From contig CP070993.1 in the NCBI GenBank assembly GCA_017134395.1, forward strand, positions 87,231 to 151,230: a stretch of DNA of 64,000 nt, given 5' to 3'. Position 1 is the stretch's first letter. Every line of letters begins with the position of its first letter. Origin of the DNA: Candidatus Kaiserbacteria bacterium (GTDB lineage: Bacteria > Patescibacteriota > Minisyncoccia > Phycocordibacterales > UBA2100). This document shows positions 26,623 to 36,449 of this stretch, one piece after another. A program made the translations under genes and the position numbers. The notes below the pieces were generated by a model. The model saw only the letters and a list, made by a program, of their open reading frames with translations, did no database searches and had not been told where the DNA came from.

Positions 26623-27705
26623 ATGGATCGCTTAAAAACATTGGTTAAAAGTATACGCGCTCGATTCTCGGGCCTTGTGTCTGATGATATCGGTATTGAT
26701 CTTGGTACCGCTAACACTCTTGTCTATGTGAATGGAAGGGGAATTGTAATTAATGAACCTTCAATGGTAGCTCTTAACCAGAAAACTGGGCAGGTTGTTG
26801 CAGTTGGTGCAGATGCAAAGAAGATGCTTGGGAGAACGCCATCACATATTGTCGCAGTACAGCCGCTTATTGATGGAGTGATTTCTGACTTTGAAGTAAC
26901 TGAAGAAATGCTTAGTTACCTCATCCGGAAAGCACAAGACGGAAAATCACGTCTGTTAGGCCCTCGTGTTGTTATCGGTGTACCTTCGGGGATTACATCT
27001 GTTGAGGTACGAGCAGTACAAGATGCGGCGCGTAACGCTGGTGCACGCCAAGTTTTTATTGTTGAAGAGCCTATGGCAGCAGCTATCGGCATCCGGCTTC
27101 CTGTTAAAGACCCTTCTGGTTCAATGGTTATTGATATTGGCGGAGGAACCACCGACATCGGTATCGTGTCTTTGGGTGGGTTAGTGAACGCAAAAAACGT
27201 ACGGATTGCAGGAGACAAACTAAACGATGACATCATAAACTACATTCGAAGTGAGTTTAAAATACTTATTGGTGCAAAATCTGCAGAAGAATTAAAAATT
27301 GCAGTAGCTGCCGTATTGGAAGAAGACATACCACTTGAAGCAACCGTCCGCGGACGCGATCTTGTAACTGGACTACCACGAGAAATCACTATTACAGATG
27401 CTGATATACGAGAAGCTATAGCAAGTTCAGTAGATCAGTTGATAGATTCAGTTAAAGAAGTTCTTGAGACAGCGCCTCCTGAAGTAGTGTCAGATGTTAT
27501 GAGAAGAGGGATTTATCTTGCAGGAGGAGGGGCACTTATTCGGGGTCTTGCTGAACTGCTGACTGAACATCTCGGGGTTGCAGTATATGTTTCGGACGAT
27601 CCGCTTACTGCTGTTGTTCGTGGTACTGGGATGATACTCGAAGACATAGACGCGTATGAGGAAGCACTTATAACACAAAGCCATGAACTTTCACCTACAG
27701 AATAA
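26623..27705 (+). CDS. mreB: rod-shape protein MreB paralogue 2 (in mreBCD-pbp2 operon)
   Basis: IGIDLGTANTLVYV, DIGGGTTD. Confidence 0.9.
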   Translation: MDRLKTLVKSIRARFSGLVSDDIGIDLGTANTLVYVNGRGIVINEPSMVALNQKTGQVVAVGADAKKMLGRTPSHIVAVQPLIDGVISDFEVTEEMLSYLIRKAQDGKSRLLGPRVVIGVPSGITSVEVRAVQDAARNAGARQVFIVEEPMAAAIGIRLPVKDPSGSMVIDIGGGTTDIGIVSLGGLVNAKNVRIAGDKLNDDIINYIRSEFKILIGAKSAEELKIAVAAVLEEDIPLEATVRGRDLVTGLPREITITDADIREAIASSVDQLIDSVKEVLETAPPEVVSDVMRRGIYLAGGGALIRGLAELLTEHLGVAVYVSDDPLTAVVRGTGMILEDIDAYEEALITQSHELSPTE

Positions 27706-28486
27706 TCGGCATAACAGTGGCGCGAAAAAGAAAGTATTTGTTGCTTTTGTGTTTCTAGCTGTCGTATTGTTTGGAGTAGATTATGTAACAAAAGGGAGTG
27801 TTGCGAATGTAGCCCGTACACCGGTACAGGTGGTATCTAGTGCAAACACGATGATAGGCAGCGCAATTGTGTCTGTTCAGCAGGCATTTGCTCGAAAAAC
27901 AACACTGCAAAGAGATCAGGATAGATTAAAAGAACGAATTGCCGAGCTAGAATTGTACGCACTCAACAATTTGGTACTTGTTGCTGAGAATGAAGAACTT
28001 CGAGCTCTATTGGGCGAGGAGGACACCGTACTACATACTGGAATACTCGCTAACGTTTTGTCTCGGGGTGGAATGTATCCATATGGAACACTTATTATTT
28101 CTCGGGGTGCTGATACACAGTATTCAGTCGGTAGCTTAGTTTTTGGCAAAGGAAATATACTTATTGGGAAAATAGAAGAAATTGGAAAAACAAATGCAAC
28201 TGTTCGATTATTATCTGCACCAGCTGAGAGGACTACCGTTCTCGTTGGTTCTGGCGAACGGCTCACCGAACTAACGGTACAAGGTATTGGTAACGGAAAT
28301 ATGGTTGCAGAAGTTGCACGTGACGCAGATATTAGAAGTGGTGACCCAGTTGTGCTGGCAAGTAGAGAAACAGTGATTGTAGGAGATGTTCAAGATATTG
28401 AGACAAAATCGACGGATGCATTTCAACGTATTCGTGTTCGAACACCAATAAATCTGCATACCTTACGGTTTGTACGCGTACGTTAA
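27683..28486 (+). CDS. mreC: rod shape-determining protein MreC
   Basis: N-terminal TM, coiled coil, C-terminal beta domains; operon position. Confidence 0.75.
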   Translation: MNFHLQNNRHNSGAKKKVFVAFVFLAVVLFGVDYVTKGSVANVARTPVQVVSSANTMIGSAIVSVQQAFARKTTLQRDQDRLKERIAELELYALNNLVLVAENEELRALLGEEDTVLHTGILANVLSRGGMYPYGTLIISRGADTQYSVGSLVFGKGNILIGKIEEIGKTNATVRLLSAPAERTTVLVGSGERLTELTVQGIGNGNMVAEVARDADIRSGDPVVLASRETVIVGDVQDIETKSTDAFQRIRVRTPINLHTLRFVRVR

Positions 28487-28489
28487 TAT

Positions 28490-28738
28490 ATGAAGTGCCT
28501 CCACGCATTTTTATCGGGAATCTTCATCTCAGGAGTCATTGGTGGATTGTGGTGGCTGATACTTGCGGCTGGGTTTCTCACTATTCTTGTTCAAAGATCG
28601 TACTTCATTCTCGCCATTGGTGTAATTTTAGACTTATGGTTTGCGCACAATGGCATTCCCGGTTTTTACACAGGATTCTTTTTAATAACAACTATTTTAG
28701 TTGAGTACTTTCGTGAACATTTGTTTTGGACTTCGTAA
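28490..28738 (+). CDS. short MreD-like membrane protein
   Basis: position after mreC, 2-3 TM; shorter than canonical MreD. Confidence 0.4.
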   Translation: MKCLHAFLSGIFISGVIGGLWWLILAAGFLTILVQRSYFILAIGVILDLWFAHNGIPGFYTGFFLITTILVEYFREHLFWTS

Positions 28739-28766
28739 TTCCAAGAAAATAGTTTAATCTAACTAT

Positions 28767-30506
28767 ATGTTTGGGCTGAAACGAAAAAATTCTTCTAGAA
28801 TAAAATATTCGAATATTGATCCTGATGAAGTTCTTTTAGATGCATTTAATCTTCCCTCATTTGATACGAACCAATTTGAGGGAAGAGTTGAGAGGTCAAT
28901 ACAAAGAAATATACCATTGTTTGTTGGAGGCTTTGCAGCATTTATTTTTCTTATATTCTTATTTCAGGCGTGGAATTTACAAATTGCACGAGGTGAAGCA
29001 ATAGCTCTTTTATCTCAACAAAACCGCTTAGACCATGAAGTGCTGTTTGCAGAGCGTGGAGTCATTTTTGATAGACTTGGACGTGAGCTGGTATGGAACA
29101 CACTTCCTGAGTTTATAGAGGGTACAGAAACGCACGATACGTTTTCTTTACGCGCATACACACAACAGGAAGGGTTCGCACATATTCTGGGGTTCGTAGG
29201 ATATCCTGAGAAGGACTCTAGTGGGTTTTGGTGGCGTACAGACTATGTGGGTAAGGCTGGGGTAGAAAGCAGTCTCAACGAGACTTTGGAGGGCGAAAAT
29301 GGAGTTCGTATCATAGAAGTAGATGCTCTAAACAACATCCAATCTCAAAATATCATACGACCGCCAGTTGATGGTCAGAATGTTATTCTTAGTATCGATA
29401 AAGATGTCCAAGAAGCTCTATACAACGCAATAAAGAAAGGTGCACAACGTGCCGGATTTGTTGGTGCTTCGAGTGTGGTCTTAGACGTACAAACTGGTGA
29501 AGTTATCGCCATTACCAGCTATCCAGAATACTCGCCACAGGTAATGACAGACGGAGTTCCTGAAGAGGCTATACAATCATACACAAGTGACGGAGGGCAG
29601 CCGTTTTTAAATCGCGCAATAACAGGTGAGTACACACCCGGCTCGATAGTGAAGCCATACATAGCAGCAGCAGCACTTTCTGAAGGGATTGTTACTGCTA
29701 ACACGTCATTTTTATCAACGGGAGAAATTCGTATACCGAACCCCTATTCTCCAGATAATGATTCAATTTTTCGTGATTGGAAGGCTCACGGGTGGGTGAA
29801 TGCCATTGAAGCGTTGGCTGTTTCGTCGAACGTGTATTTCTATACGGTTGGCGGCGGTTACGAAGGACAAGAGGGTCTGGGTATCGAAAAACTTGCAGCA
29901 TACGCAACACGGTTTGGTCTAGGGCAGCCTACGGGCATAGATTTTGGTTCTGAAGCAATAGGTGTTGTACCAACACCTATGTGGAAAGAAGAAGTATTCG
30001 GGAGTGATAATCCATGGCGTTTGGGAAATACATTTCATACTTCAATTGGACAATTCGGTTTTCTCGTAACACCGATACAAGCTGTTCGCTACATAGCAGC
30101 TGTTGCCAATGGAGGTGAGCTCTTAGTACCGCATGTCACAAAAGACACTACTACCGTACAAAGGTCTGTCGGCATAGAAGATACCTATCTTGAGATTGTA
30201 CGGACTGGAATGCGTAAGGGTGCAGAGTCGGGAACTTCTGTAGCCGTGAACGTTCCCGGTATTCGCATTGCTGGCAAAACAGGAACTGCGCAACTTGGTG
30301 TAAAGAATGAATCTATGAATTCTTGGGTCGTTGGTTTTTGGCCGGCTGACAATCCACGTTTTGCGTTTGCAACGGTATTAGAAAAAGCGCCGGCTGGAAC
30401 TCTGCAAGGTGCGGCTCCTGCGATGCGCAGTTTCTTTGAGTGGTTAGTGAATGAGCAACCAGAATACACAAATGGAGAATACCCAATCAATGAAACAAAA
30501 GACTAG
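28767..30506 (+). CDS. mrdA: penicillin-binding protein 2 (elongasome transpeptidase)
   Basis: SIVKP (SxxK), SSN, KTGT motifs; dimerisation domain. Confidence 0.9.
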   Translation: MFGLKRKNSSRIKYSNIDPDEVLLDAFNLPSFDTNQFEGRVERSIQRNIPLFVGGFAAFIFLIFLFQAWNLQIARGEAIALLSQQNRLDHEVLFAERGVIFDRLGRELVWNTLPEFIEGTETHDTFSLRAYTQQEGFAHILGFVGYPEKDSSGFWWRTDYVGKAGVESSLNETLEGENGVRIIEVDALNNIQSQNIIRPPVDGQNVILSIDKDVQEALYNAIKKGAQRAGFVGASSVVLDVQTGEVIAITSYPEYSPQVMTDGVPEEAIQSYTSDGGQPFLNRAITGEYTPGSIVKPYIAAAALSEGIVTANTSFLSTGEIRIPNPYSPDNDSIFRDWKAHGWVNAIEALAVSSNVYFYTVGGGYEGQEGLGIEKLAAYATRFGLGQPTGIDFGSEAIGVVPTPMWKEEVFGSDNPWRLGNTFHTSIGQFGFLVTPIQAVRYIAAVANGGELLVPHVTKDTTTVQRSVGIEDTYLEIVRTGMRKGAESGTSVAVNVPGIRIAGKTGTAQLGVKNESMNSWVVGFWPADNPRFAFATVLEKAPAGTLQGAAPAMRSFFEWLVNEQPEYTNGEYPINETKD

Positions 30507-30547
30507 CCCTTCCGTTTTTTAATCTGCTCCAGTATACTAACGCCACT

Positions 30548-31021
30548 ATGAATCAGGAAAACGATCAATACCTAACACAAGAAAAGTTTGAAGAGTTTAC
30601 AAAAGAGCTCGATCACTTGCGTTCAACACGTCGGCGAGAAATTGCGGAACAGCTAGAATACGCACGTTCTCTTGGAGACTTATCAGAGAATGCTGAGTAC
30701 CAAGAAGCACGGGAATTACAAGGTGCAACTGAAGGTAGAATTAAACAGTTAGAATCTATACTGACAACAGCTCAGGTGCTAGATAAATCAACGAAGAGCA
30801 ACGAGATACATATTGGATCAAAAGTGACGATTGTTAAGGTTGGTGAAAAAGATGAAAGGGAGTACGAAATTGTTGGATCAGTCGAGGCAAATATGCGAGA
30901 ACGCAAAATATCGCACATGTCACCACTTGGGATGGCGATGGTTGGAAAGAAGAAAGGCGACTCGTTTGACTTAGAAACACCCAACGGTATTGCTAAGTAC
31001 AAAATCATTAAGATTTCCTAG
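30548..31021 (+). CDS. greA: transcription elongation factor GreA
   Basis: N-terminal coiled-coil with acidic tip, FKBP-like C-domain. Confidence 0.9.
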   Translation: MNQENDQYLTQEKFEEFTKELDHLRSTRRREIAEQLEYARSLGDLSENAEYQEARELQGATEGRIKQLESILTTAQVLDKSTKSNEIHIGSKVTIVKVGEKDEREYEIVGSVEANMRERKISHMSPLGMAMVGKKKGDSFDLETPNGIAKYKIIKIS

Positions 31022-31078
31022 TACTTTTAACTAGTTTTAGTTTGAGAAGTTCTACGTTTTATGTAGAATCAATTACAT

Positions 31079-32647
31079 ATGTTTTGGGCCGATAAAATAG
31101 CAGAAGAAATTAGCGAACAGCTGAAGAATAAAATCGCCAGTGGTGAGACTCTTACCATGCGAGATGAAAAAACCTCAAGTGGGCGAGTTCATGTTGGTTC
31201 AATGCGTGGTGTTGCGATACATGGAATCGTAGCAGATGTACTTAAAGAGAAAGGTGTTTCTGTTGATTTCCACTACGAAATAAATGATTTTGACCCCATG
31301 GATGGACTTCCTGTGTATCTCGATAAGGAAGAATACGAGCAGTACATGGGTAAGCCGCTTTCTGAAATACCATCTCCTGATGGAAAGGCAAAAAATTTTG
31401 CAGAATACTACGCAGCTGAATACAAAGGGGTTATAGAGGACGCTGGATTCACTCCTCTTTTTTATCGTGCGAGTGAATTATATAAGTCAGGAAAAATGAA
31501 CGAAGTGATTCGCACAGCACTAGAGCGTGCACCCGAGATAAGGGCAATCTATAAAAAGGTAAGTGGAGGAGAAAAGGCAGATGATTGGTTGCCACTTTCA
31601 GTTGTGTGCGAAGAATGTGGAAGGATTGGTACCACCAAAGCAATTTCGTTTGATGGAGACGAAGTTTCATATGAATGTCGTAATGATCTTGTTGAGTGGG
31701 CAAAAGGTTGTGGACACAATGGGAAAGTGAGTCCGTTTGACGGCAATGCGAAGCTTCCTTGGAAAGTCGAGTGGGCTGCAAAATTTAAGGTAATGGATGT
31801 TGATATTGAAGGTGGAGGAAAAGACCATTCAACCCGCGGAGGTGCGCGTGATGTCGCAAACGCTATCTCGCGTCAAGTTTTTGAGCACGTACCACCATTT
31901 GATATTCCGTATGAATTTTTCTTGGTTGGTGGAAAGAAGATGTCTAGTTCCAAAGGAGCTGGATCATCTGCGCGTGAAATTGCAGATTCACTACCGCGAA
32001 AAATCTTTCGCGTTGCGCTTATGGGAACACGTCCAATGCGTGCAATTAACTTTGAACCAGAAGGAACAACGATACCGACACTGTTTGATAGGTATGATGA
32101 AATCGCAGAGAAGTACTGGTCTGGCATAGAAGACGATGACACACGGTTTTATAAACTCGTGCATCTCAATGATGTCCCTGAGTCTTATTTCAGAATGCGT
32201 TTTTCAGAAGTGGCTTTTCTTAGCCAGATGCCACATATAGATATTTTCGCTGAGGCTGAAAAGCAAAAAGGGAGTGCTCTGAATGAGATTGAAAAAGGGG
32301 AGCTACACGAGCGCGTTGATTACGCGAGCGCTTGGTTAAAGCAACATGCTCCTGAACGCTACGTATTTGAACTACAGGAAAGCACTCCTGACATTGAGAT
32401 TAGCGAACTTCAAAAGAAAGCTTTTAGCGAAATACTTACGTATGTAGAGAGTACTGCAGAAATAACCGGTGAAGACTTTCATCACCAGCTACACGAGATA
32501 AAACAAAGTGTAGGTATTGAACCCAAAGAACTTTTTTCCGGTCTTTACAGAATATTTTTAAATCGTGACTCGGGTCCGCAGGCAGGGTGGTTCCTCAGTG
32601 TCTTGCCGAGAGAGTTTCTTATACAGCGTTTTAAAGAAGTGATTTAG
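31079..32647 (+). CDS. lysK: class I lysyl-tRNA synthetase (archaeal-type LysRS)
   Basis: FWADKIAEEI, GRVHVGSMRG (HIGH-like), GGGKDH, KMSSSKG; colinear with Pyrococcus LysRS-I. Confidence 0.9.
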   Translation: MFWADKIAEEISEQLKNKIASGETLTMRDEKTSSGRVHVGSMRGVAIHGIVADVLKEKGVSVDFHYEINDFDPMDGLPVYLDKEEYEQYMGKPLSEIPSPDGKAKNFAEYYAAEYKGVIEDAGFTPLFYRASELYKSGKMNEVIRTALERAPEIRAIYKKVSGGEKADDWLPLSVVCEECGRIGTTKAISFDGDEVSYECRNDLVEWAKGCGHNGKVSPFDGNAKLPWKVEWAAKFKVMDVDIEGGGKDHSTRGGARDVANAISRQVFEHVPPFDIPYEFFLVGGKKMSSSKGAGSSAREIADSLPRKIFRVALMGTRPMRAINFEPEGTTIPTLFDRYDEIAEKYWSGIEDDDTRFYKLVHLNDVPESYFRMRFSEVAFLSQMPHIDIFAEAEKQKGSALNEIEKGELHERVDYASAWLKQHAPERYVFELQESTPDIEISELQKKAFSEILTYVESTAEITGEDFHHQLHEIKQSVGIEPKELFSGLYRIFLNRDSGPQAGWFLSVLPREFLIQRFKEVI

Positions 32648-32664
32648 CTACTAAACATTATACG

Positions 32665-32697
32665 AAAAAACCCGGCTGCATGGCAGCCGGGTTTTTT
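32665..32697. terminator. bidirectional terminator AAAAAACCCGGCTGC-ATG-GCAGCCGGGTTTTTT
   Basis: perfect hairpin with flanking A/T runs. Confidence 0.8.
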
Positions 32698-32761
32698 CGT
32701 ATGTGCGCAATGTGGATAAGTAGTTTCATAGAGTGGAACAAAGTGTAGTAATATGTGATGG

Positions 32762-32792
32762 AAGTGGGAAGGAGTGGGAAATAGGAAATTAT
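32762..32792 (+). promoter_or_regulatory. MraZ operator: direct repeats AGTGGGAA-GG-AGTGGGAA-AT-AGGAAA at ~10-bp phasing upstream of mraZ
   Basis: GTGGG direct repeats resemble the E. coli MraZ-binding repeats in the Pmra region. Confidence 0.5.
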
Positions 32793-32801
32793 ATAAACTT
32801 T

Positions 32802-33236
32802 ATGCTTCTCGGCGAATACACACATACACTCGACGATAAGAAACGGCTCATGTTGCCTAAGAAGTTTAAAGATACTCTCGGAAAGAAATTAGTAATAACT
32901 CGAGGGCTCGATAATTGTTTATTTGTTTACTCCGATAAGGAATGGGCCAGCATTGCAAAGCGTTTACGAGAACTCAGTTTTGCACAAGCTGACACCAGGG
33001 GATTCAACCGCTTCATGTTCTCCGGGGCTGCGGAGGTAACACTCGACAGCGCAGGAAGAATATTAGTTCCAGAGCATCTTAAAAAGTTTGCTGCACTCAA
33101 AACAAAAGTTGTTTTAGCTGGTGTATCAGACAGAGTCGAGATCTGGGACGAGAAACGATGGTCGCTGTACCAAGAAAAGATTGAGAAACAGGGAGATGCC
33201 ATGGCAGAGAAGTTGGGCGAAATAGGGGTTTTATAG
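32802..33236 (+). CDS. mraZ: transcriptional regulator MraZ
   Basis: duplicated DxxxR motifs (TLDDKKRLMLP / TLDSAGRILVP). Confidence 0.9.
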   Translation: MLLGEYTHTLDDKKRLMLPKKFKDTLGKKLVITRGLDNCLFVYSDKEWASIAKRLRELSFAQADTRGFNRFMFSGAAEVTLDSAGRILVPEHLKKFAALKTKVVLAGVSDRVEIWDEKRWSLYQEKIEKQGDAMAEKLGEIGVL

Positions 33237-33339
33237 AGTCAGTACGAAATTTATAAATTAATTAAGTAAGACATACATACTCGAAGTTGTTTACATCGAG
33301 TTGCTGGAGGATTTTCCATAGTCATGCGCACTCAAAATT

Positions 33340-34293
33340 ATGCAATCCTCCAGCGGCTCGACGTCGACAAACACAATCACCCGACACGTACCTGTTCTTT
33401 TACAAGAAGTACTCGAAGTACTTAACATACAAGAGGATGATGTAGTGCTTGATGCCACACTCGGTGGCGGAGGGCATGCAAAAGCGTTTGCGCAACATCT
33501 TGGGAAGTCTGGTCATTTGGTCGGCTTTGATGTTGATAGCGGTGCTTTGGCACGAGCACGAGAGCAACTCTCAGGTGTTGAGCCACAAGTTACGTTGATT
33601 CACGATAACTTCCGTAACGTTTCTGCGAAGTTAGCAGAATATGGAATTAAAGGAATTGACAAAGCCCTTTTCGATCTTGGGTGGAGTAGCGATCAATTAG
33701 AAGTTTCAGGTCGCGGCTTCAGTTTTGAGCGCGAAGAACCGCTTCAGATGACTTTGAGTGACTCGGTTACCGAAGAGACGCTTACTGCATTGGAAATTGT
33801 GAATACGTGGCAAGAAGAAAGTATTGCCGACATTCTCTATGGGTGGGGAGGTGAACGCTTTTCACGTCGCATTGCACGAGCAATCGTTGCAGCGAGAAAA
33901 GAATCACCAATAGAAACAACCTCACAGCTTGTTGAGATTGTTACCCGAGCAGTCCCAGCAGCACACCGTCGTGGAAAAAGAAATCCTGCGACAAAAACAT
34001 TTCAAGCACTTCGAATAGCCGTGAATGATGAATTGGGAGCACTTAAAGACGCACTTCAAGCGCTTCCACACATTATTCATGAAGGGGCAGTGGTTGCATT
34101 TTTAACCTTCCACAGCCTTGAGGATAAATTAGTAAAGGAGACGTTCCGTACTTGGGCAAAAGAAGGTATCGGATCGATGGTTACAAAGAAACCAATTCCT
34201 CCAAGTGCATCCGAAGTTGGGCACAATCCGCGTTCACGTAGCGCAAAACTTCGAGCATTTACATTCACACACTATGCAAAAGATAATCAGTAA
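33340..34293 (+). CDS. rsmH: 16S rRNA m4C1402 methyltransferase RsmH
   Basis: HVPVLL, DATLGGGGH SAM motif. Confidence 0.9.
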   Translation: MQSSSGSTSTNTITRHVPVLLQEVLEVLNIQEDDVVLDATLGGGGHAKAFAQHLGKSGHLVGFDVDSGALARAREQLSGVEPQVTLIHDNFRNVSAKLAEYGIKGIDKALFDLGWSSDQLEVSGRGFSFEREEPLQMTLSDSVTEETLTALEIVNTWQEESIADILYGWGGERFSRRIARAIVAARKESPIETTSQLVEIVTRAVPAAHRRGKRNPATKTFQALRIAVNDELGALKDALQALPHIIHEGAVVAFLTFHSLEDKLVKETFRTWAKEGIGSMVTKKPIPPSASEVGHNPRSRSAKLRAFTFTHYAKDNQ

Positions 34294-34612
34294 AAAACAA
34301 ATACGAACAGTGGCAGCAGTTTTGTATGCTGTGGAGCAACGAGCAGTAACATTGTTACTCGCTGCGTTAGTAGTTCTTGCATTTTTATACGTATACTTTA
34401 TCGGAAGCGCTGTTGTACATGTGGTGGAACGCAAAGAGGTACAGCATACAATTGCAAATGTTAGTTCACGCATTGCGACCTTAGAAGTAGATTATTTTGA
34501 GCAAAAAAGCACAATAACAGAAAATCTTGCTACAGAAATGAATTTCAAAGCTGTTGCACAAAAAGACTTTGTAGATAGGACACGATATCTTGGTCGTGCG
34601 AGTGTACAATAG
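34274..34612 (+). CDS. ftsL: FtsL-like cell-division protein (single TM + coiled coil)
   Basis: position between rsmH and ftsI, overlaps rsmH end; TM then helical region. Confidence 0.55.
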   Translation: MQKIISKKQIRTVAAVLYAVEQRAVTLLLAALVVLAFLYVYFIGSAVVHVVERKEVQHTIANVSSRIATLEVDYFEQKSTITENLATEMNFKAVAQKDFVDRTRYLGRASVQ

Positions 34613-34621
34613 AAGAGTACG

Positions 34622-36343
34622 ATGGCGACTACACAAAACAGAAATAATTTTAAAATAAGAACCCGTGTCATTTTAGGCGCGGTTCTTTTTGTTGCATTAC
34701 TCCTTGTTACTCGGTTGTATTTTCTACAAATAGTACACGGTAGTGAATATCGAATAGAGGCAAGCGATCAGTATGTGAGTACCTCAGGTGGGTTCTATGA
34801 CAGAGGAAGTATTTTCTTTGTCGATAAAAATAATTTACAGGTACGTGGTGCAACTATAAAAACAGGGTTCCTACTTGCTATAAAGCCAGTTGAAATTGTG
34901 GACGCCGAGCAGGTGTATTCAGTATTGGAGCCATACATAGAGATAGACAAAGAGACTTTCATGATTAGAGCTACAAAAGAAGGTGACCCGTATGAAGAAG
35001 TCGCGACACGTTTGAATACAGAAGCAGCTGCAGCGATACGAGAAGCTGACTTGGATGGAGTATTGTTACTTCCCGACCATTGGCGTTATTATCCAAGTGG
35101 TGCGCTTGCTGCTCACACCTTAGGCTTCGTAGCCTACGATGGAGCAGAGAGAAATGGGCGCTATGGTCTTGAACGACATTTCGATGATGTGCTCGTACGT
35201 GGCTCAAGTAGTTTGTACATAAACTTTTTTGCTGAACTCTTTACGAACATTCGAGACGTGGTGTTTGTTCCAGTGAATAAACGGGAAGGAAATATCGTTA
35301 CAACTCTTGAGCCAGAAGTTCAAGTGCAACTCGAGCGTGTCCTTATTGAAATGAAGGAGAAATGGGATTCACAGTTTACTGCAGGAATTGTTATTGACCC
35401 ACAAACAGGAGCAGTGCGTGCACTTGCAGTAACCCCGACGTTTGATTTAAATGATTTCGGAAGTGCAGAAACTGCTGACTTTGCGAATCCATTAATCGAG
35501 CGAGTATACGAAATGGGCTCTATTATGAAGCCACTTACTATGGCTGCTGGACTTGATTCAGGTGCAGTAACGTCTGAGAGTACCTACAATGACCGTGGCT
35601 CAATAAAACTAGACACGTACACCATTTCTAATTTCGATGGCAAAGCACGTGGTGTGGTACCAATGCAAGAGATTCTCTCGCAGTCTTTAAACACTGGTGT
35701 AGCTCACATCGTTACGGAAATGGGGAAGGATGAATTCAGACGATACATGTACCGATACGGTATAAACGAAGAGACGGGTATTGATTTACCTAACGAAGCT
35801 CACAACCTTACCGAAAACTTAAATAGCCCACGCGATGTCGAGTATGCAACCGCAAGCTTTGGACAAGGTGTTGCTTTGACTCCGATTACTATGGTTCGCG
35901 CACTTTCTATTTTACCGGATGGATATATTGAACAGCCACACATAGTGTCTGCCATACAACCAACGAGCGGAATCAAGCACGAGTTAGATTATTCTGATGT
36001 ACGAGAACAAATTCTTGATCCTGAGACAGCGGAAGAGATTACCCGTATGCTCGTTGAAGTTTTTGATGAGGCGCTGTTAGGCGGAGATGTAAAAAAAGAA
36101 CACTATAGTATCGCAGCAAAAACGGGTACTGCACAAATTGCATCACCTGATGGTGGTTACTATGACGACAAGTTCCTACATTCCTTTTTTGGTTACTTTC
36201 CTGCGTTTGATGCGAAGTATTTAGTTTTCCTTATGAATGTAGAACCACAAGGAGCACAATATGCGTCACAAACACTCACTGAGCCATTTATGGAGATGAC
36301 CAATTTCCTTATTAATTACTACGATATTCCTCCGGACAGATAG
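34622..36343 (+). CDS. ftsI: penicillin-binding protein FtsI/PBP3-type transpeptidase
   Basis: SIMKP, SLN, KTGTAQ motifs. Confidence 0.85.
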   Translation: MATTQNRNNFKIRTRVILGAVLFVALLLVTRLYFLQIVHGSEYRIEASDQYVSTSGGFYDRGSIFFVDKNNLQVRGATIKTGFLLAIKPVEIVDAEQVYSVLEPYIEIDKETFMIRATKEGDPYEEVATRLNTEAAAAIREADLDGVLLLPDHWRYYPSGALAAHTLGFVAYDGAERNGRYGLERHFDDVLVRGSSSLYINFFAELFTNIRDVVFVPVNKREGNIVTTLEPEVQVQLERVLIEMKEKWDSQFTAGIVIDPQTGAVRALAVTPTFDLNDFGSAETADFANPLIERVYEMGSIMKPLTMAAGLDSGAVTSESTYNDRGSIKLDTYTISNFDGKARGVVPMQEILSQSLNTGVAHIVTEMGKDEFRRYMYRYGINEETGIDLPNEAHNLTENLNSPRDVEYATASFGQGVALTPITMVRALSILPDGYIEQPHIVSAIQPTSGIKHELDYSDVREQILDPETAEEITRMLVEVFDEALLGGDVKKEHYSIAAKTGTAQIASPDGGYYDDKFLHSFFGYFPAFDAKYLVFLMNVEPQGAQYASQTLTEPFMEMTNFLINYYDIPPDR

Positions 36344-36449
36344 GGTTTCAGACAGTCCAATACTCATGCTATGCTGTATAAATCTTATGAGTGGCATAAA
36401 AAAAATAGTACGAAACATAGTCGTGTTTATTATCACGTGGGAGGCACAT

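Noticed and set aside
36366-36449. Upstream extension of murF ORF (MLCCINLMSG...)
   Set aside because: There is a strong GGGAGG RBS placed for the ATG at 36450. The extension is only 28 codons and cannot restore an N-terminal domain.
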